From NCBI GenBank assembly GCA_951406725.2, contig OX597823.1, positions 26,060,001 through 26,184,000 on the forward strand: DNA of 124,000 bases, read 5' to 3'. Under the pieces are notes generated by a model, which was given only the letters and a program-made list of their open reading frames with translations, was not told the origin of the DNA and did not search any database. Of this stretch, positions 56,708-72,040 are shown piece by piece. Each line of letters starts with the position of its first letter. The first letter of the stretch is position 1. This DNA comes from Octopus vulgaris. Its lineage: Eukaryota. Both the position numbers and the translations under genes were made by a program.

Positions 56708-57599
56708 GTATGTGGAGCATAGCAGAGATTTACATTATACAAAACTATTCTTAACCTGATAATCCAACCACATATCATGACTACCTCAGTCTCCTTATCT
56801 CCCCACTTCTCTTCCAGAAGTATACCTACTTCATTACTAATTCTTTAGCCTGAAGAATTTACTTCTATGCTGCTTGCTCACAAACAGTCTAACTTAGAAT
56901 CTCCACCATTGTATCTCTTGCATGCAACAAACATCTACATATCTATGTTCAAGACCTACTTTTCACAGTACTGACATTTGTCATAGCTGTTCCAAGTTTT
57001 GGGACATCAGAAGATTGAGAGAGCACACAGGTAATTGTGTTTAACATCTGTGATGATGAGTACATTTTCAGGCACTTGTCTGGGGGTAGTGGGTTCTTGC
57101 ACATGCCAGTGAAAGCAGGTATAGGTATATACGCATATACTACTCAATGTTTTCTGTTTCCCTCCAATCCCACAAAATTTTCAAGGGCAAGCATTAGCAA
57201 ACAAGGGAGGATGGGGAAGGTGTGGGTAGGGCGGTCATAAGACACCAATCAGCTTTTAGTGATATTCAAGGTAGGTGTACCTTTTAATGTTCTTTCTTAT
57301 CTACACATATATGTATATGAAATACATTTGTTCTTAGGCATGAAAGCTTATGCACACATATATAATTGTAAATTTAAGTAAACTAACTTTGCTGCCTAAA
57401 AACATAATACTGTATGTATTGTTATGTAGACACCTTTGTAAAACTTTTCAGAAGCATACATCCTTTTACACACTAAACATTCACACATATGTATGCATGC
57501 ATGTGTCTGACTTTAACAAGAGTGGAAGGGACTTGTAAGGGGGAATAGTTTTAGTGGCTTAAAATAGTTTTAAGTCTTCACTTAAATAAACTCCTGAAA

Positions 57600-58040
57600 A
57601 TATGGATTCATCTAGTGGGGATTCTGAAGCTCACATGCTTGATCAGATGTGCTTAATAAATGCAGTTGTTTATGAATCCAAAGTTACAGTAGTGCTCCAA
57701 GACAACTTAGTTGAGAAGAAAAATTACATTGGTTTATGTGAAGGCAATTTTAAAAGCCATTATGTAAACTGCCAGTCTTCTTTCTGACACATCGATAAAA
57801 ATAAGGCCACTAAGTTGGCTAGCCATGTATGGTGTCTGAAGACCAACTGCACACTACATACAATCAAGTGGAGAATCGTAGAGAAATCTATGCCATACAT
57901 AAATGGCTCAAAGAGATGCAAGTTATGCACAGCTGAAAGATCGTACATTTTTTTAGGTCCAAGAATTCCACCACACAACTTAATTCCAGATCTGAAATTT
58001 TTACCAAGTGTAAGCTCATGAACAAGTTTCTTTTGTTGAA
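57600..58040 (+). mobile_element. Penelope-like element GIY-YIG endonuclease fragment
   Basis: CLINAVVYESKV..NYIGLCEGNFK..KLASHVWCLK..IKWRIVEKSMPYINGSKRCKLCTAE. Confidence 0.75.
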
Positions 58041-59504
58041 GTGGAGGACACCACCCACTTAGGATTGAGCAGCTATCTCACATAGACAAATATATATGGT
58101 TTGCAGGAGAGGAAACTGTATTGGTTTAAGTATGTGATGCATATGGATGAAGATAGCTTCATAAATAAGGTCTGAGTGTTCAAATTGGATGGCAATTGCA
58201 CCAGTGGAACAAGAAGGTTTAAAAAGACATGGGATGAACTGGTGAAGACCAATCTCACATTTCTGAACCTCACAAAGGTGGTTATATATGATCACAACAA
58301 CTGGTAATAAGCTGTAATAGAAACCACCACCCCACTCTCTGGGGCAGGTGGAGATGCTGCAATCACCTATAGATCCTTCTTTGCCTCTCTCTCACTGTTC
58401 TTATTACAGTGTTTCCATAACCAAGAATGCTTTCATCCCCTGCTCTCTCTCTCTCTCCTACTTCTATGGTACTTCATAGTAGCCTATGGAATTCTCCTCT
58501 TCCCTCTAGTCTATCTTTATCTCATTATTCTTGTTGCATCCACCCTCTACTCCCCATCTCTGTGGTACCCTCTAGCCTCCCTTTCTCTTCCTTTGCATTC
58601 ACCCATTGCTCCACCCCTATTTCTCTTTCTCTCATCATCTTCTCTCCACAGTCTCCCTGCTTGGGATACTTTCTCTGCATTCATATCTTACATTTTTCTT
58701 CTCCATTCTCTATGGTACATTCCATCTTCTCTTTCTCTCCCTACCTCTGTGATATCCTTGAACTTCTCTCTCCCTGTTGGGGATGCTTTCTCTGCACTCA
58801 TACTCTGCTCTCCCTTCCACCTCTATCATATCCACCAGCCTCTCTTTCTATCACTACTCTCACTGCATTCACCCATCACTCCTCTGTCTCTTTTCCCTCA
58901 CTGCATTCTCCCCACAGCTTCTCTTCCACTTCAGCATTTTCTCTTTGTTGACATCCCTTTCCCTCATACTTTTTACCTACACTCACCTTTATAATATGGG
59001 AGACCACAGGATCCTCCCAACACCCTTTATCTTACTACTCTGTCCCTCCTTTTTTTACTAACCCCTGGCACTGATCCCTTCCTCCTTCCTTATGTCCATT
59101 ATATACTCTCTCCTCTTATAGTGTATACTCTGTTATTATCTCCTCTACCATACTTCCACAACTATAAATCTGTTCCTTTTACCATACTTTGGTATGATGA
59201 GAGTAGGCTAAAGTGGTCTGAAGTAGCCTAAAGTAGCCATAAGTAGTTTGGAACAATGTGGTGAGAAGTGCCTTGCTCAAGGGTGCAATGTCCCATCTGT
59301 CACTTGCAATCACGGATGTCTTAGTTGCATGTACTATGCTTTTTCTAATTGTTTTAGGTATCAGTATAATCACAAACAGACATGAGATAAAGCTGTTATT
59401 TCTAGAAGATTGGGTGACCATGTAGAGACGTCCTTGTTGACTCATCCAATAAGAAAGTCAATAACATATTTATTATTGATGTTGCAGTTGTACACGAGAT
59501 ATAG

Positions 59505-59550
<46 letters not shown>

Positions 59551-59568
59551 CGTGTGTGTGTATATATG

Positions 59569-59607
<39 letters not shown>

Positions 59608-59624
59608 GTATATATGTATATATG

Positions 59625-59666
<42 letters not shown>

Positions 59667-59689
59667 GAAATTGAAGGTCCATTACATTA

Positions 59690-60550
59690 AGAGCAGAAGA
59701 TATGGCACAGAAAGAGAAGAGAAACTAAAGTGTAATTATTAATAGAAAACAATATTACAGGATTATAGATAGTGATATAGAAACCTTGAAATAGCTTTGG
59801 TTGATTACAACCTGTGATATGATTCGTCATTTCTGGATTTTAGAATATTTAGACACGATAGAAATAGAAGAAAATATTAGATATTATCAGATAAAGTAAG
59901 AATTTGTGGAATGGGAAACAAAAATAACTTATTCAATATTTAAGAAGTATTAACATCGATGATGGAATATTTTAGGGTGATTGCAAGTCCCTTTTGCATT
60001 TTTATTTTATTCTATTTGATAAAAATGATACCATTAATATCAGTACTATGAACAATAAAGAATGGATAGAAGCATGCAGCATAAAATCAACCATCTGTTT
60101 ATGGGTGATTTGAAGCTGTTTACAAAGAATGGAGATCAAATAGATTCCTGAGGGCAAACAGTCCATGATTTTAGTAGAAGATATTGGAATGGAATTTGTC
60201 ATTAAACAATGTGGAGTTTTAATAATGAAATAAAGAAAGACAGTGTAATATAACATAATAGGATATGGTTACTAAGTAATGAAGTTATAAAAGAGATAGG
60301 CAAAGAGGACTATAAATACTTGGATAGAATAGAGTTAGATAAGAGAAAGGAAGCCAGCAGGAAGGAATTAACTGACAGAATGTTTCAGTGGGTGAGAAGT
60401 GGTGATTAAATTTAAGCTGAGAAAGGAAAATAAATTTCTGGCCATTAACATATGGGTCATATCAAAATACTGTTTTTAAGGTATAAGGAATCCTAGAGGA
60501 GATTAGAGATGTGATTAACTGAGATAAGAAATTTTTTTTTTAAAAACCTA
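59690..60550 (+). mobile_element. Decayed R4/Dong-like RT fragment
   Basis: Remnant of the IAWVDY..DMIRHFWILEYL motif, homologous to the 84.5 kb region. Confidence 0.5.
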
Positions 60551-62214
60551 AAACAAAACAAAACAAAAAAAACAAATAAGCAAACACAACAATAACGACC
60601 TTATAAGGAGAATTGTATTTCCAAAAATGAGATTAGCAAGAACCTTCTGCAGAATTGCAGGGAGTAGGGATGGCAATCATGGCTTTTCCCAATCAAGGTT
60701 GGCTGAAGGGGATTCCCTGCCTGGTCGGTATGGAGGAAACTTACAGAGGAGAGGAAAGGAGTGAAAGGTGGCTTTGTGCAGGATGGGAGAAGCAGCAGAA
60801 AGAGCCTCCTGCTAGTTATGGAGTAAGAGAGAGAAGTTAAGCTGGAAGCCAGGAGTAGATGATAAGCAGGGATTTGGCTGCTTCTACTGAGCCACCAACA
60901 AGAGGGTGTTACGGTTCAGGGTCAAAAGACCCAATCAATCGATCGTTGATGACATCAATTCCTTCTGGCCAATGCTCCCATTCACTTTGGTGAATAGAAA
61001 AGAAGCACCTTCTTTTAGGTGTTGGCAATAATATGTCTTGTGTAAAAAGAGGAAGAAGATAACTGATTAAGAAAAATGTAAACAAGATGGGAAAACGTTT
61101 TTATTTATATTTTTTTTTGAGGTGGGTTGGGGTTAACAGCTTGATTAGAGGGGTGAGTAGTACTCATAATCTTTTTCAGGCATATGTAACTGATGGGAGA
61201 AAGGGCTGAAGTTAGTGTCAGACCATGGCCCTGACCTGAACACTTTTAACAGAGTGAATTCTGTTAAAGGTACCCAATGACAGATGGTGGTATTAAACAT
61301 GGTGACATGTTAGGGTTAGTCATGTAGGAAATAATGTAGAATCTCAACTGGAAGAGCTGAGGTTGGTTGGAATCTAGATAAGACTAGAGGGTGTGTAAAG
61401 CCTGAAGAATTCAAGAAAAATGCCTTGAGAATAGAGAAGAAGAATTAAGAAACGGAAGAAAGTGCATAGAAAATTGTTTAGGTAGATGGATGAAAGTTTC
61501 AATATGGTTAAACAAGGTTTGGTATGGTTAGAGAATCAAACATAGAGTCTGGGACTGGATTTTACAGAACAGGAATAAACTCTGAAAATAAACTAAATCA
61601 TGTTCCATAGAGATACAACCATTGAATTTCCATTGTGGAAATGTGTAGCAAAATGAGCCAACAAGGGTCACTCATCCTGCTAGAAATAGTAGGTCGCTGC
61701 TTGTAAAGGCTTCTTCATTGGCTTATTGCTATTGATAATGATGGTGATGGATGACAGTAATGACAATGATGGTGGTGGTCGTCGTCGTGGTCGTGGTTGT
61801 GGTCGCAGTCTTGGTGGTGGTGGTGGTAGTGGCAATGTAGCAGTGGTGGGGATTGTGGTTATTGTTTAGATTCATGTCAACCCTGGTTGAGCAGAAATAT
61901 GATCAAAGACATTTCAGTTACGACTTTTTCATCATTTCTGCAGACATACTGTACCTAGGACTACATTATCCAATGTGTTCTCCCTTTTTCAAAACGGTAG
62001 GCTAGAAGTTGAGATTTGGTGGCTATTTCTAGCAGATCAAATGACCACACAATCTTCTTTCTTGTAATTTATGATTATTATTATCATTATTGTTGTTGTT
62101 GGATTTCAGATCCCATCTCATTGAACATACCTATGAATAAAAGCCTCCCAGCTATTACTGTTCCTTTTACTTTTACATACAAGGACTAAATACATTTGCC
62201 AATATCTATTCCTG

Positions 62215-62430
62215 GCAAGCTGGTAGAATCATTAGCATGCCGGGTGAAGTGCTTAGCAGTATCTCGTCTGCCATTATGTTCTGAGTTCAAATTCCGCTGA
62301 GGTCGACTTTGCCTTTCATTCTTTCGGGGTCGATTAAATAAGTACCAGTTACACACTGGGGTCGATGTAATCAACTTAACCCCTTTGTCTGTCCTCTATG
62401 TTCAGCCCCCTGTGGGCAATAAAGAAATAA
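62215..62430 (+). mobile_element. tRNA-derived SINE family 2 (Meta-domain-like; representative)
   Basis: ttctgagttcaaattccgccgaggtcgactttgcctttcatcctttcggggtcgat core. Other copies at about 51640, 65515, 82340, 86760, 87020, 89445, 101230, 105780 and 114575. Confidence 0.75.
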
Positions 62431-64867
62431 ATATTTATTCCCTTTTAGTAGGTTGTAATTGGAGAGAATTTGGTTGCTATTTCTAGCAGGCAAAACAATC
62501 ATATAGAGTCTCCTTTATTGGTTCAAGGTAAAGGCATGGTAATTTGTGATGGCAAAACAAGCAAGTTCTCAACTAGTAAAACCTGAAATTCTCACTACCT
62601 CTTCAGGTAGTCTGTTAAAAATGTCTCGTTAATAAGTCACACAGCTGTCACAAACCAGTTCAGGTCAGAATATTTGCTATATAGATAAAAGATTTTTTTT
62701 TAAAATAAAACTCTCTGACTGAAATCCATTTAGCCTTATATAGTTATATTTCTACCAAGTATCAAGTAATGTAATGACAGAAATGGTAAGCTGTTCACAC
62801 TTAGTGTCTTTGGTTACATCCATTTATAGGCACAGGATTGGCTGTGTGGTAAGAAGTTTGCTTCTCAACCACATGGTTCCAAGTTCTATCTCATTGTGTG
62901 ACACTTTGAGTAAGTGTCTTCTTTTATAGCCACAAACCAACCAAAGCCTTGTGAGTGGATTTCATAGACAGAAACTGAAAGAATTCTGCCACATATGCAT
63001 ATAAATATGTGTGTGTGTGTGTGTGTTAGTGTCTCTTTGTGAAGACATCATGTGATAGTTGTAAATGAGTGTCAGCATCACACACATGGTGTCCTTCATT
63101 TCTATTCTTCCATAGAAAACATCTGACCATGGGGAAATATTATCTTACCTGGAAGCATGTAAGGGTTGGTAACAGGAAGGGCATCCAATCAAAGAGATCC
63201 TGCCTCAGTAAATGCTGTCCAATCCATGTAAGCATAGAAAAGAGGACGTTAAGTGATGATGATTTATGTTCTAAACTTAAAAACCTGCGTTTTTTCATGG
63301 TTTCATCAGAGGTAGAATAGAACCCATAATTTTTTTCAAGTCCCCAGAGCTTGATAGAGAGAGAGAGGAAGAGAGGAAACTATTCATAGACCAGAGATTT
63401 GGCAATAATACGACCACAGAGAGGGTGCTATTAAAGGAATGCAAGGACAAGGTGATGCTGTTAAATTAAGCAATGAATTAAGTTGACCATTCCAAAACAA
63501 GATTGGTCTCTCTCTTTACCCTTACTCTTTTACTTGTTTCAGTCATTTGACTGCGGCCATGCTGGAGCACTGCCTTTAGTTGAGCAAATCGACCCCAGGA
63601 CTTATTCTTTGTAAGCCTAGTATTTATCCTATTGGTCTCTTTTGCTGAACCGTTAAGTTACAGGGATGTAAACACCCCAGCATCGGTTGTCAAGTGATGT
63701 GGGAGGTGGGGGACAAACACAGACACACACACATATACATGACGGGCTTCTTTCAGTTTCCGTCTACGAAATCCACTCACAAGGCTTTGATCAGCCCAAG
63801 GCTATAGTAGAAGACACTTACCCAAGGTGCCACGAAGTGGGACTAAACCCAGAACCAGGTGGTTGGTAAGCAAGCTACTTACCACACAGCCACTCCTACA
63901 CCTATGCAGTTTCTGTCCACTATATTTCACTTGTAAAGTTTTGGTCAATCTAAGGTTATGGTAAAAGACACATGCCCAATGTGCAACACAGCAAGATTGA
64001 ACCCAGAACCACATAGCTGTGGAATGAACTTCTTATCCACACAGCCATGTCTGCAACCACCTTAACTTTTCCTTGTTCTAGAGCCAAATGAAGGCAGTGG
64101 GTTTGCAAAATTGTTAGAGAGTTAGACAAAGTGCTTTGTAGTGTTTTTTCAGTCATTTTTACATTCTAATGTTAAATTCTGCTGAAAGGATTGATAAAAT
64201 GAAGTACCAGTCATGTATTGGTGTCAGTTGGTAGAGAGAGAGGAAGAGGGTGCTATTAAAGGAATGCAAGGACAAGGTGATACTGCCTATATCCATCCCA
64301 CCAAATTTGTAACCTAATGGCTCTGTTAGTAATTATTGTCTAAAGGTCAATAAAATAAGTAGCCAACTGCATCTTTCTCCCTCCACAATGATTTTTAGCT
64401 ATCTAAGAAGTCACTGTCATCACTTGGTATGGAAGATGCTTTGAGAACAAAATGGAAAAAAAAGAGAAAGCAGAAAAAATAAAACAATAAAAGTTTCTAC
64501 TCATATCTAATATAGCTTGTTGCCATTTATTGATATGGAACTTCAAGATAGCATCATGTACTGAACAGCAATATATGTTATTGTAATGAATTCCATCTAA
64601 CCCATGCAAGCATAAAAAAGTGGATGTTAAAACAATTTTGACAATTGTGATGGTGGTGGGGGTGATGAGGATGTTGTGTAGTCCTGGTCGGCACCATTTG
64701 CCCAGGTGTATGGCATATAGTCACTTGAATGACTAAGTGCTATTCATAGAACTAGTGTTCCAGATTTACTGTGATCCTCCACCTGCTTGACTACCCCTGC
64801 TGTATGGTGGTGTATGATATGAAGTGCAACATAACAGATAGAACTTGGAACCATGTGGTTGAGAAGC

Positions 64868-64931
64868 AAAGACACTAATCTAACCAAAGACACTAATCTA
64901 ACCAAAGACACTAATCTAACCAAAGACACTA
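64868..64931. repeat. 18-bp minisatellite x3.5
   Basis: aaagacactaatctaacc repeated. Confidence 0.9.
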
Positions 64932-66399
64932 AGTGTGAACAGCTTACCATTTCTGTCATTACATTACTTGATACTGTATTTTCTCCACTGTCCAATCTGT
65001 TCCTGTATTCCTGTAAGAGGAAACAAAGTAGACTTGGTCAGAATGACAGTTGCTGTTTTTGTTTATAATATATTATAAATGCTGTAGAAACTAGAAACTG
65101 ATGGCATGTCACAAGGATGGCAGCAGTAGAAAATATCTGCAAAGATGTCTACTCTTTTGGTTTTCAATTTAAAAACGCTTTTTGCTTTGTGGAATGATAG
65201 CACAGTTTCTAACTTGTGTTTTGAGTTAACTAGGGAGCACCTATGGCGTCATTTGACCCACTAGAAAAAGTAGTCAAATCTCCCTCAAATCCCTCTTTGC
65301 TGTCTTTAAAAAGAAGGGGAGGATATATTGAATAGTGTAATGCTAGATGTTATAAGAAAATGGGAGAGTTGTGGGCTGGGATTCCTTTGGTCAAAGATTG
65401 GCTGAGTAGGATTGACTAGGGTTAAAAAACATGATTTAACTGAGAGATTACCTTCATCCTTATCTTCCTCCTCTTCATCATCATTGTAGTTTTAATGTTT
65501 ACTTTCACATAAGGTGGTGAGCTGGTAGAAACATTAGCACGCCGGGTGAAATGCTTAGTGGTATTTCATCTGTCTTTACGTTCTGAGTTCAAATTCCGTT
65601 GAAGTTCACTTTGCCTTTCATCCTTTTAGGGTCGATAAATTAAGTACCAGTTGCTTACGGAGGTTGATCTAATTGCCTGGTCCCCTCCCCTAAAATTTCA
65701 GGCCTTGTGCCTAGAGTAGAAAAAAATGTTTACTTTGCATGCTTGCATGGGTCACATAAAACTATATTAGGGTAGTGTTTTCTAAGATTGGATGCCACCC
65801 ACTTGTTTCCAAGTGAGACAATGATATCCCAGTCTACCAAACAACAAATAGTTTGGACATGTTTACTGGGAGAACTAGAAACAAACAACACCATAAGAAT
65901 AAAGCTTTTTGTTGATAAAGATCATACAACATGTTAAAACATGTCAAAAAGCCAGGACATGCTTTCATGGTGGAGTGCAAGCAAATCACTGAAGCCATTG
66001 TTTAAAATCAGCAAATGAACACATGTAAACAAGAAAATATGAACTCACTCATATGTGCACACATACAAGTGGTTGTTTTCAGTTTCCATTTACCAAGTCT
66101 TTGGTCAGCCTATGGCTATAGTAGAAAATATTTGCCTAAGGTGCCATGCAGTAGGACTGAACCTGAAACCATATATTTGGGAAATAAACTTCTTAGGCAC
66201 ACAGCCATGCCTTTTATTTTACAAATGTCACAAGTTTCATGCCATCATTTTGTGCTTGTCTGTTTGCTTCAAAAAGATTCTTCTTCAAATAATGACTTTT
66301 ATTAAGAAATGTTTTGTCATGTCATCAGGTTAGCATCATGGAACAAGAATGGTTCAGCTCCAGACTATAAATCATTGAGAAGAATTACCTGGAGACACC

Positions 66400-67380
66400 A
66401 TCTGCAATAAACATAATAACTGAATAAATGTTATCATGCATAATGTAGTGAGAACAACAAAAAAAAGTCAATTAATTAAAGTTACATTTCCTCTGAAGAG
66501 AAGTGTTAACATAGGATCCATAACTAATGTTAAAAATAGTGGATCTGTTTGGTTTGGTTGCCAGCATTTCAAAAATCAAAGTTTATTAAAAAATTTTTTA
66601 TGTGGCACATTAGTATACTTTTCCAAGCTGAATTGCTGGAGCTATTTCACTTTTTCCAGGAAAATGTTTTTAAAAAGTTATAGAGGTTTAAAGTTCGATC
66701 ATTTCCACCCAGTCAGGAAACAGGATTTGGAAGCTGTCATTTTGTGCATGACTGCACATTTTGTCAACATCCTGGGAATAGCACATATTGTCAAGAAAGA
66801 GTAAACAACATGCCTTTTGTAGTTTTAAGCATTATGATAGCATGAGATTTATCCAAAACGTTTTTAGGTATAACACCCTTTTCTTGTAGGTATGACACAG
66901 TATCCTCCTCTGTTCTTTGTGTCCCCACCACAGAAGCAAGTTTACCAGAGCTTGCTGCCATAATCAAACAGTATAATTTCCAACAGAACACAGCATCAAA
67001 AAGTCAACACATATATATATTTGTCAACACATGCTTTCTCGCAGACAAAAGAGTTCTCGGTTCTGCTTGTTACAATGAAAACAGGCACACGCTTTCTCAC
67101 AGACAAAAGAGTTCTCATGTTATGCTTGTTACTATGGAAAGAGGCATGACTGTGTCTGTGGCTTATGATTGGCTAAAAGTACCCCAAATTTTCAAACTTT
67201 AATTGCTAATAACTCTTTATTTATTGATTTACATGATTCATTAGCCTATAAAAATGTATCATTACACTGAATATGAAATTAATTCAAACACAATTGATAC
67301 TGGCAGCCAAATCAAATAGATCCAAAAAAAGCTGTAGTTCTTACAAATTATTTAGAATGTAGCATGAAGATGAAGTCATT
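66400..67380 (-). mobile_element. DNA transposon remnant, possibly Merlin/IS1016-like
   Basis: ORF 66791-66991 TEEDTVSYLQEKGVIPK resembles ISXO2-family N-termini. Terminal region is related (inverted) to about 56100-56380. Confidence 0.35.
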
Positions 67381-70199
67381 AACATGAAAGCTGGTGTAAA
67401 ATTAATTGTGGTTTTAGATTTGATCCCACAATGCAGCGTTTTGGGTAAGTATTTTCTACTACAACATAGGTGAGTGGATAGAGCCGTTACAAAGTCAGAT
67501 GAGATGTATTGTGGTATTTACTCTGGGATTTTGTACACTGAGTGCAAATCTCACATTGGTCAACTTTACTTTTCATCCTTCACTGGTGAAAGTATTAGTG
67601 TCAGACAGGAAGTGTTTTGGTATTTATTCTGATTACTTCCATTCTGAGTTTAAATCCCACCATAACATACTTGGGTGGTAGATTTAGTCTGTCATCCAGT
67701 TTAATACCCCCACCTTGGATGTATTTAGCAACAAAAGCCCAGTAAAGGGTCATGGACACTGTCCTTCTTTCCTGACTAAAATATAGAAACAAAACAACCA
67801 AAATCTTGTGAGCAAAATAACCCATCAGAAGGAGAGATGAGCCATTCTTAGGAAATACACTTAATTCGTCATCTGATTTAGCCCCTTTGATACCAATCTA
67901 CCTGACACTTGCCCCGGTTCAATGGTTCAAACTTTCTATTTTTAAGTAATCTAGATTATAACCTTCTCTCACATTACCATGCTAATTAATGTTCCAAACT
68001 CCAGTTTAATAATGAATAAATTATTTTATGTTATTCTTCATTATTTTCAAAATTCATTGAATCTAATGTTATGCATTTCAACAGAATAATGATAAAGAAA
68101 GTGTTAACTCCAGTACCTGGTCATTGTGTGCTTTAGCAGAGTCCACTCTGTTGAAAGCATTCTTTGCAACACACTAGTTATTCCATACTTCCTTTTTTGT
68201 GCTTGCAGAGCCATATCCACTTGAGTTGCCAGGAACTTAAAACCTAACCTAAGCTTTAGGAGCTATTAAATGTCAGTATTTAATTAACTCTGGTTTCATT
68301 GCACAAGGTGAACGGCAGTTCTTCTCCTGAAAAGAACAGCAATCTAGTGCAGATAACATTCCTATATGATTTGGCAGTACCCACTCTACCAAATAGCTAG
68401 GATGAACTATGGCAATGTAGGCTCAAACCACAACAAAAATTATCAACAGGCGCAGGAGTGGCTGTGCGGCAAGTAGCTTGCTTACCATACATATGGTTCC
68501 AGGTTCAGTCCCACTGTGTGACACCTTGGGCAAGTGTCTTCTACTATAGCCTCGGGCCGACCAAAGCCTTGTGAGTGGATTTGGTAGACGGAAACTGAAA
68601 GAAGCCCATCGTACATATGTGTATATTTATATATATCTATATATATATATGTATGTGTGTGTCTGTGTTTGTCCCCCCAACATCGCTTGACAACCGATGC
68701 TGGTGTGTTTACATCCCTGCAACTTAACGATTCAGCAAAAGAGACTGACAGAATAAGTACTAAGCTTACAGAGAATAAGCCCCGGGGTCGATTTGCTCGA
68801 CTAAAGGTGGTGCTCCAGCATGGCCGCAGTCAAATGACTGAAACAAGTAAAAGAGTAAAGAGTAAAGAGTGGATCTAATTTGAACCTCTTGACTACGATT
68901 TGGTAGTTTAATACTCTGGCCACTTGGCCATTTTGTCTGTACACATCACAACCAGTTTCCTCAAATTCTAGTGTTTATTCTTTTGTGTGAAAAAAACAAT
69001 ATAAAGTTAAATATGTTTGTATAACAAGAGAAGGAAAATCTGGCATTTCAAGTAATGTCCAAGTAGACAATTACAGTTCCTCTTGAATTTTGATTTTTAT
69101 CTGTTCCATGCCAAAGCATAAATTGAGATATCTTGATGTGTCATGAGGAAAAGGAATGTCTAACATTTTTGCAGCAGTGCCAAAGAAGCAAATAACTAGT
69201 CTTCTTGAATTCTTAGTGTTTATGCCTTTTTTTTTATAAAAAAATACCTGAACAAAGGTAACTAGGTGTGTTGTAAAGAATAGAAAAATCTTAAATATTA
69301 TGCAAGGTCAAAGCAGACAACCATTAAACTCTTTGAAATAGCATTTTTAACCTTTCTGTAAAATACTAGAAAGGGAAATATACTGATGTAGCTTTAGGAA
69401 TAAGAGAATTTAGTATATTAAGTAAGGCCTGGGGTGGTGGACGGGCAGTATGTTGTTGTTGTTATTGTCGTCAGTATCAGCATTGGTGGCAGCAAATGTG
69501 GCGTTGGTGTCAGCATTAGTGTCACCACTATCGTCATCATCATCATTTAATGTCCATTTTCCTTGCTGACATGAGCTAGATGATTTTATTAGAGCTGGCA
69601 AGCAAGAGGACTATGCTAAGCTCTTCTGTCTATTTTGACATGGTTTCTGTGACTGGATTCCCTCCTTAATGCCAACCACTTTGCAGAGTGTTATGAATGA
69701 CCAATAATTCCTGGCTCAAAGAAACTAATTTCTAATCATAGTCCAAAACAGTAAAGTGTCATATAGTGCTATCCATGATATTCCAAATTAAATGTGTTAT
69801 TCAAAATGGCCATTCTCTCTCTCTCTCTCTGATCACCAAATGTGTATGCCTTTTATGTCAAGGGAAATCACTGAAATCATAACACTATTTGCATAACATT
69901 CACCCCCACTTAAAATAAATTTTTATAGATCAAGCCTTTCCAGGGTTTTCAGAATTCTTTGAGATCGATGCAGTTGAAGGGACTTTTCTTGTTGTTTTAG
70001 AGCGTTATCTTTAATGACTCAAATGCTTTTACTTGTTGGCTATTAAGAAGAAATTTCAAGGCATTATTGAGAGAATATATTTTGTCAGAAAATTTGGAGA
70101 TCCACTTAGCATAAGAAAACACACTGACAGGCATATGGCATAGTGGGCAAGAGCGTGGGCTACTAACGCCAAGATTCCGAGTTCGATTCCAGGCAGTGA

Positions 70200-70234
<35 letters not shown>

Positions 70235-71639
70235 TTAATAATAAAATGCCCTGATGCAGTACCAGGCAGTGGCTCTCATGGCTTCTGATCTTGACTGATT
70301 GGAAGTGTTATCATGTACATCATTTTGTCTTCATATAAAAGATGGGCTACAGCAAATATTCTGCTCGATATCACAGATTTGCTTTCAGTTGTTTGACTTT
70401 AACCAGTTGAGCATGTCCCTTTGTAGCTGACGATATGTGCATCTCTGATCACGAGCAGAAGAAGTGGGGGAGCATCATAGCCATGTGTTGAGAGGGATTC
70501 TTTGGGGTTTGAATAATTCACCTCTGGAAACATGGATGTTTCGTTCAACATTCAGAGACCTTTTGAGTAGGATGGGTTACTCGACCAGAAGAAAATTCTA
70601 ACTGGGTAGGAGTCTTGCTGTAGAAGAGAAACAAGGATACCCCAGTTGGAGAAGAAGGGAGACAAAGAGAGACTTAAGAAAGAAAGATAGAGATGGAGAG
70701 AGTGAGAGGGATGGTGGTGGATATGTGTCAGGACATACCAGTGAGGTATTTAGTAACAAGCCTTTGTGTGCTCTGAGTTCAAATTCTGCCAATGTCAGCT
70801 TTATATTTTTATCCTTCTATGGTCAATAAAATGAATACAAATCAAATAATAGGGTCACTATATTCAAACAGACCTTCTCCCAAAAACTTGTGACTTTGTG
70901 CTTGTTAGAAATCAATTGATGGAGCAGAGCCTAAGCAGACATTAAATAGTCTTCATGAATTTTAAATGACATTCCTTTGTCATCATGGTTAAGTCATATT
71001 AATCATTAGAAATACACGTACATTGTTACATTCACTTTATTTTTATTGTTATTTTGTTGTAATAATAGTATAAATTATTAAACAACCTTTCCTTTTTATA
71101 TCCTTTAGACTTTCAGATTTTACATTAATAATACAAATCTCTATCAGCAGATATTTTATTTTGTTCCTGTATTTAAATTTTTTTTTTAAAATTGAGACTC
71201 CCTGGTTTTTCTCTTCCCAAATCATCATTGACAATTCTTTTAGTGCCTTCTGTTTTCATTCCAGTCAATTCTATCGATATAATTCTCTCCTCAGCAGTCT
71301 CCATAAATAATTTGCATCTTCTCATACAACAGCTGCTATCTTTAAACCATATCTCTTCAGCTTTCACTGCCAGAAGCTGGCTTTCCTTTCCAAAACTACT
71401 GGTCTCCTAACTTCAACACTTTGGCAACAGTGCACTTGCCTTTATTATGTTCTTTGCTGACAGCTATTCTGCTTTAACTCTAAGGATATTTCACTGAAAC
71501 AAAGACACTTCTGAGGAAAATTTAATATTCAGGTGGTCTTCCTATGCTTTAATCTTGTTGTTGTTGTTTCCCTGGTTGCTAGTCTTGTTGTTGTTGTTGT
71601 TGTTATTGCAGTTGGTGTTAAGAACATATTTACTTTGGT

Positions 71640-71761
71640 AATATTTACATACATGCATATATATTGTATGTATATATGTTTGTGTGTGTGTGTATATATA
71701 CATACATACACCAAACACATATATATATATTTGTAGATACATCCATCCATCCATATATATA

Positions 71762-71792
<31 letters not shown>

Positions 71793-72040
71793 GTATGTAT
71801 ATATATATATATATATATAAGTATGTATGTATGTATATATCTATATATTTGTGTATATACAAACATACATATCTATATATATATATATACACACACGCAC
71901 ATATATATATATATACATACACATAAATATATATAGATATACATATGTATATATACGTGTAAATATGTGTATATGAATATATATATATCATAGATCCATT
72001 CATAACTGTGTATATATCTGTGTGTGTGTGTGCATGTGTG
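71640..72040. repeat. (TA)/(TG) mosaic microsatellite block
   Basis: Directly visible. Confidence 0.9.
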
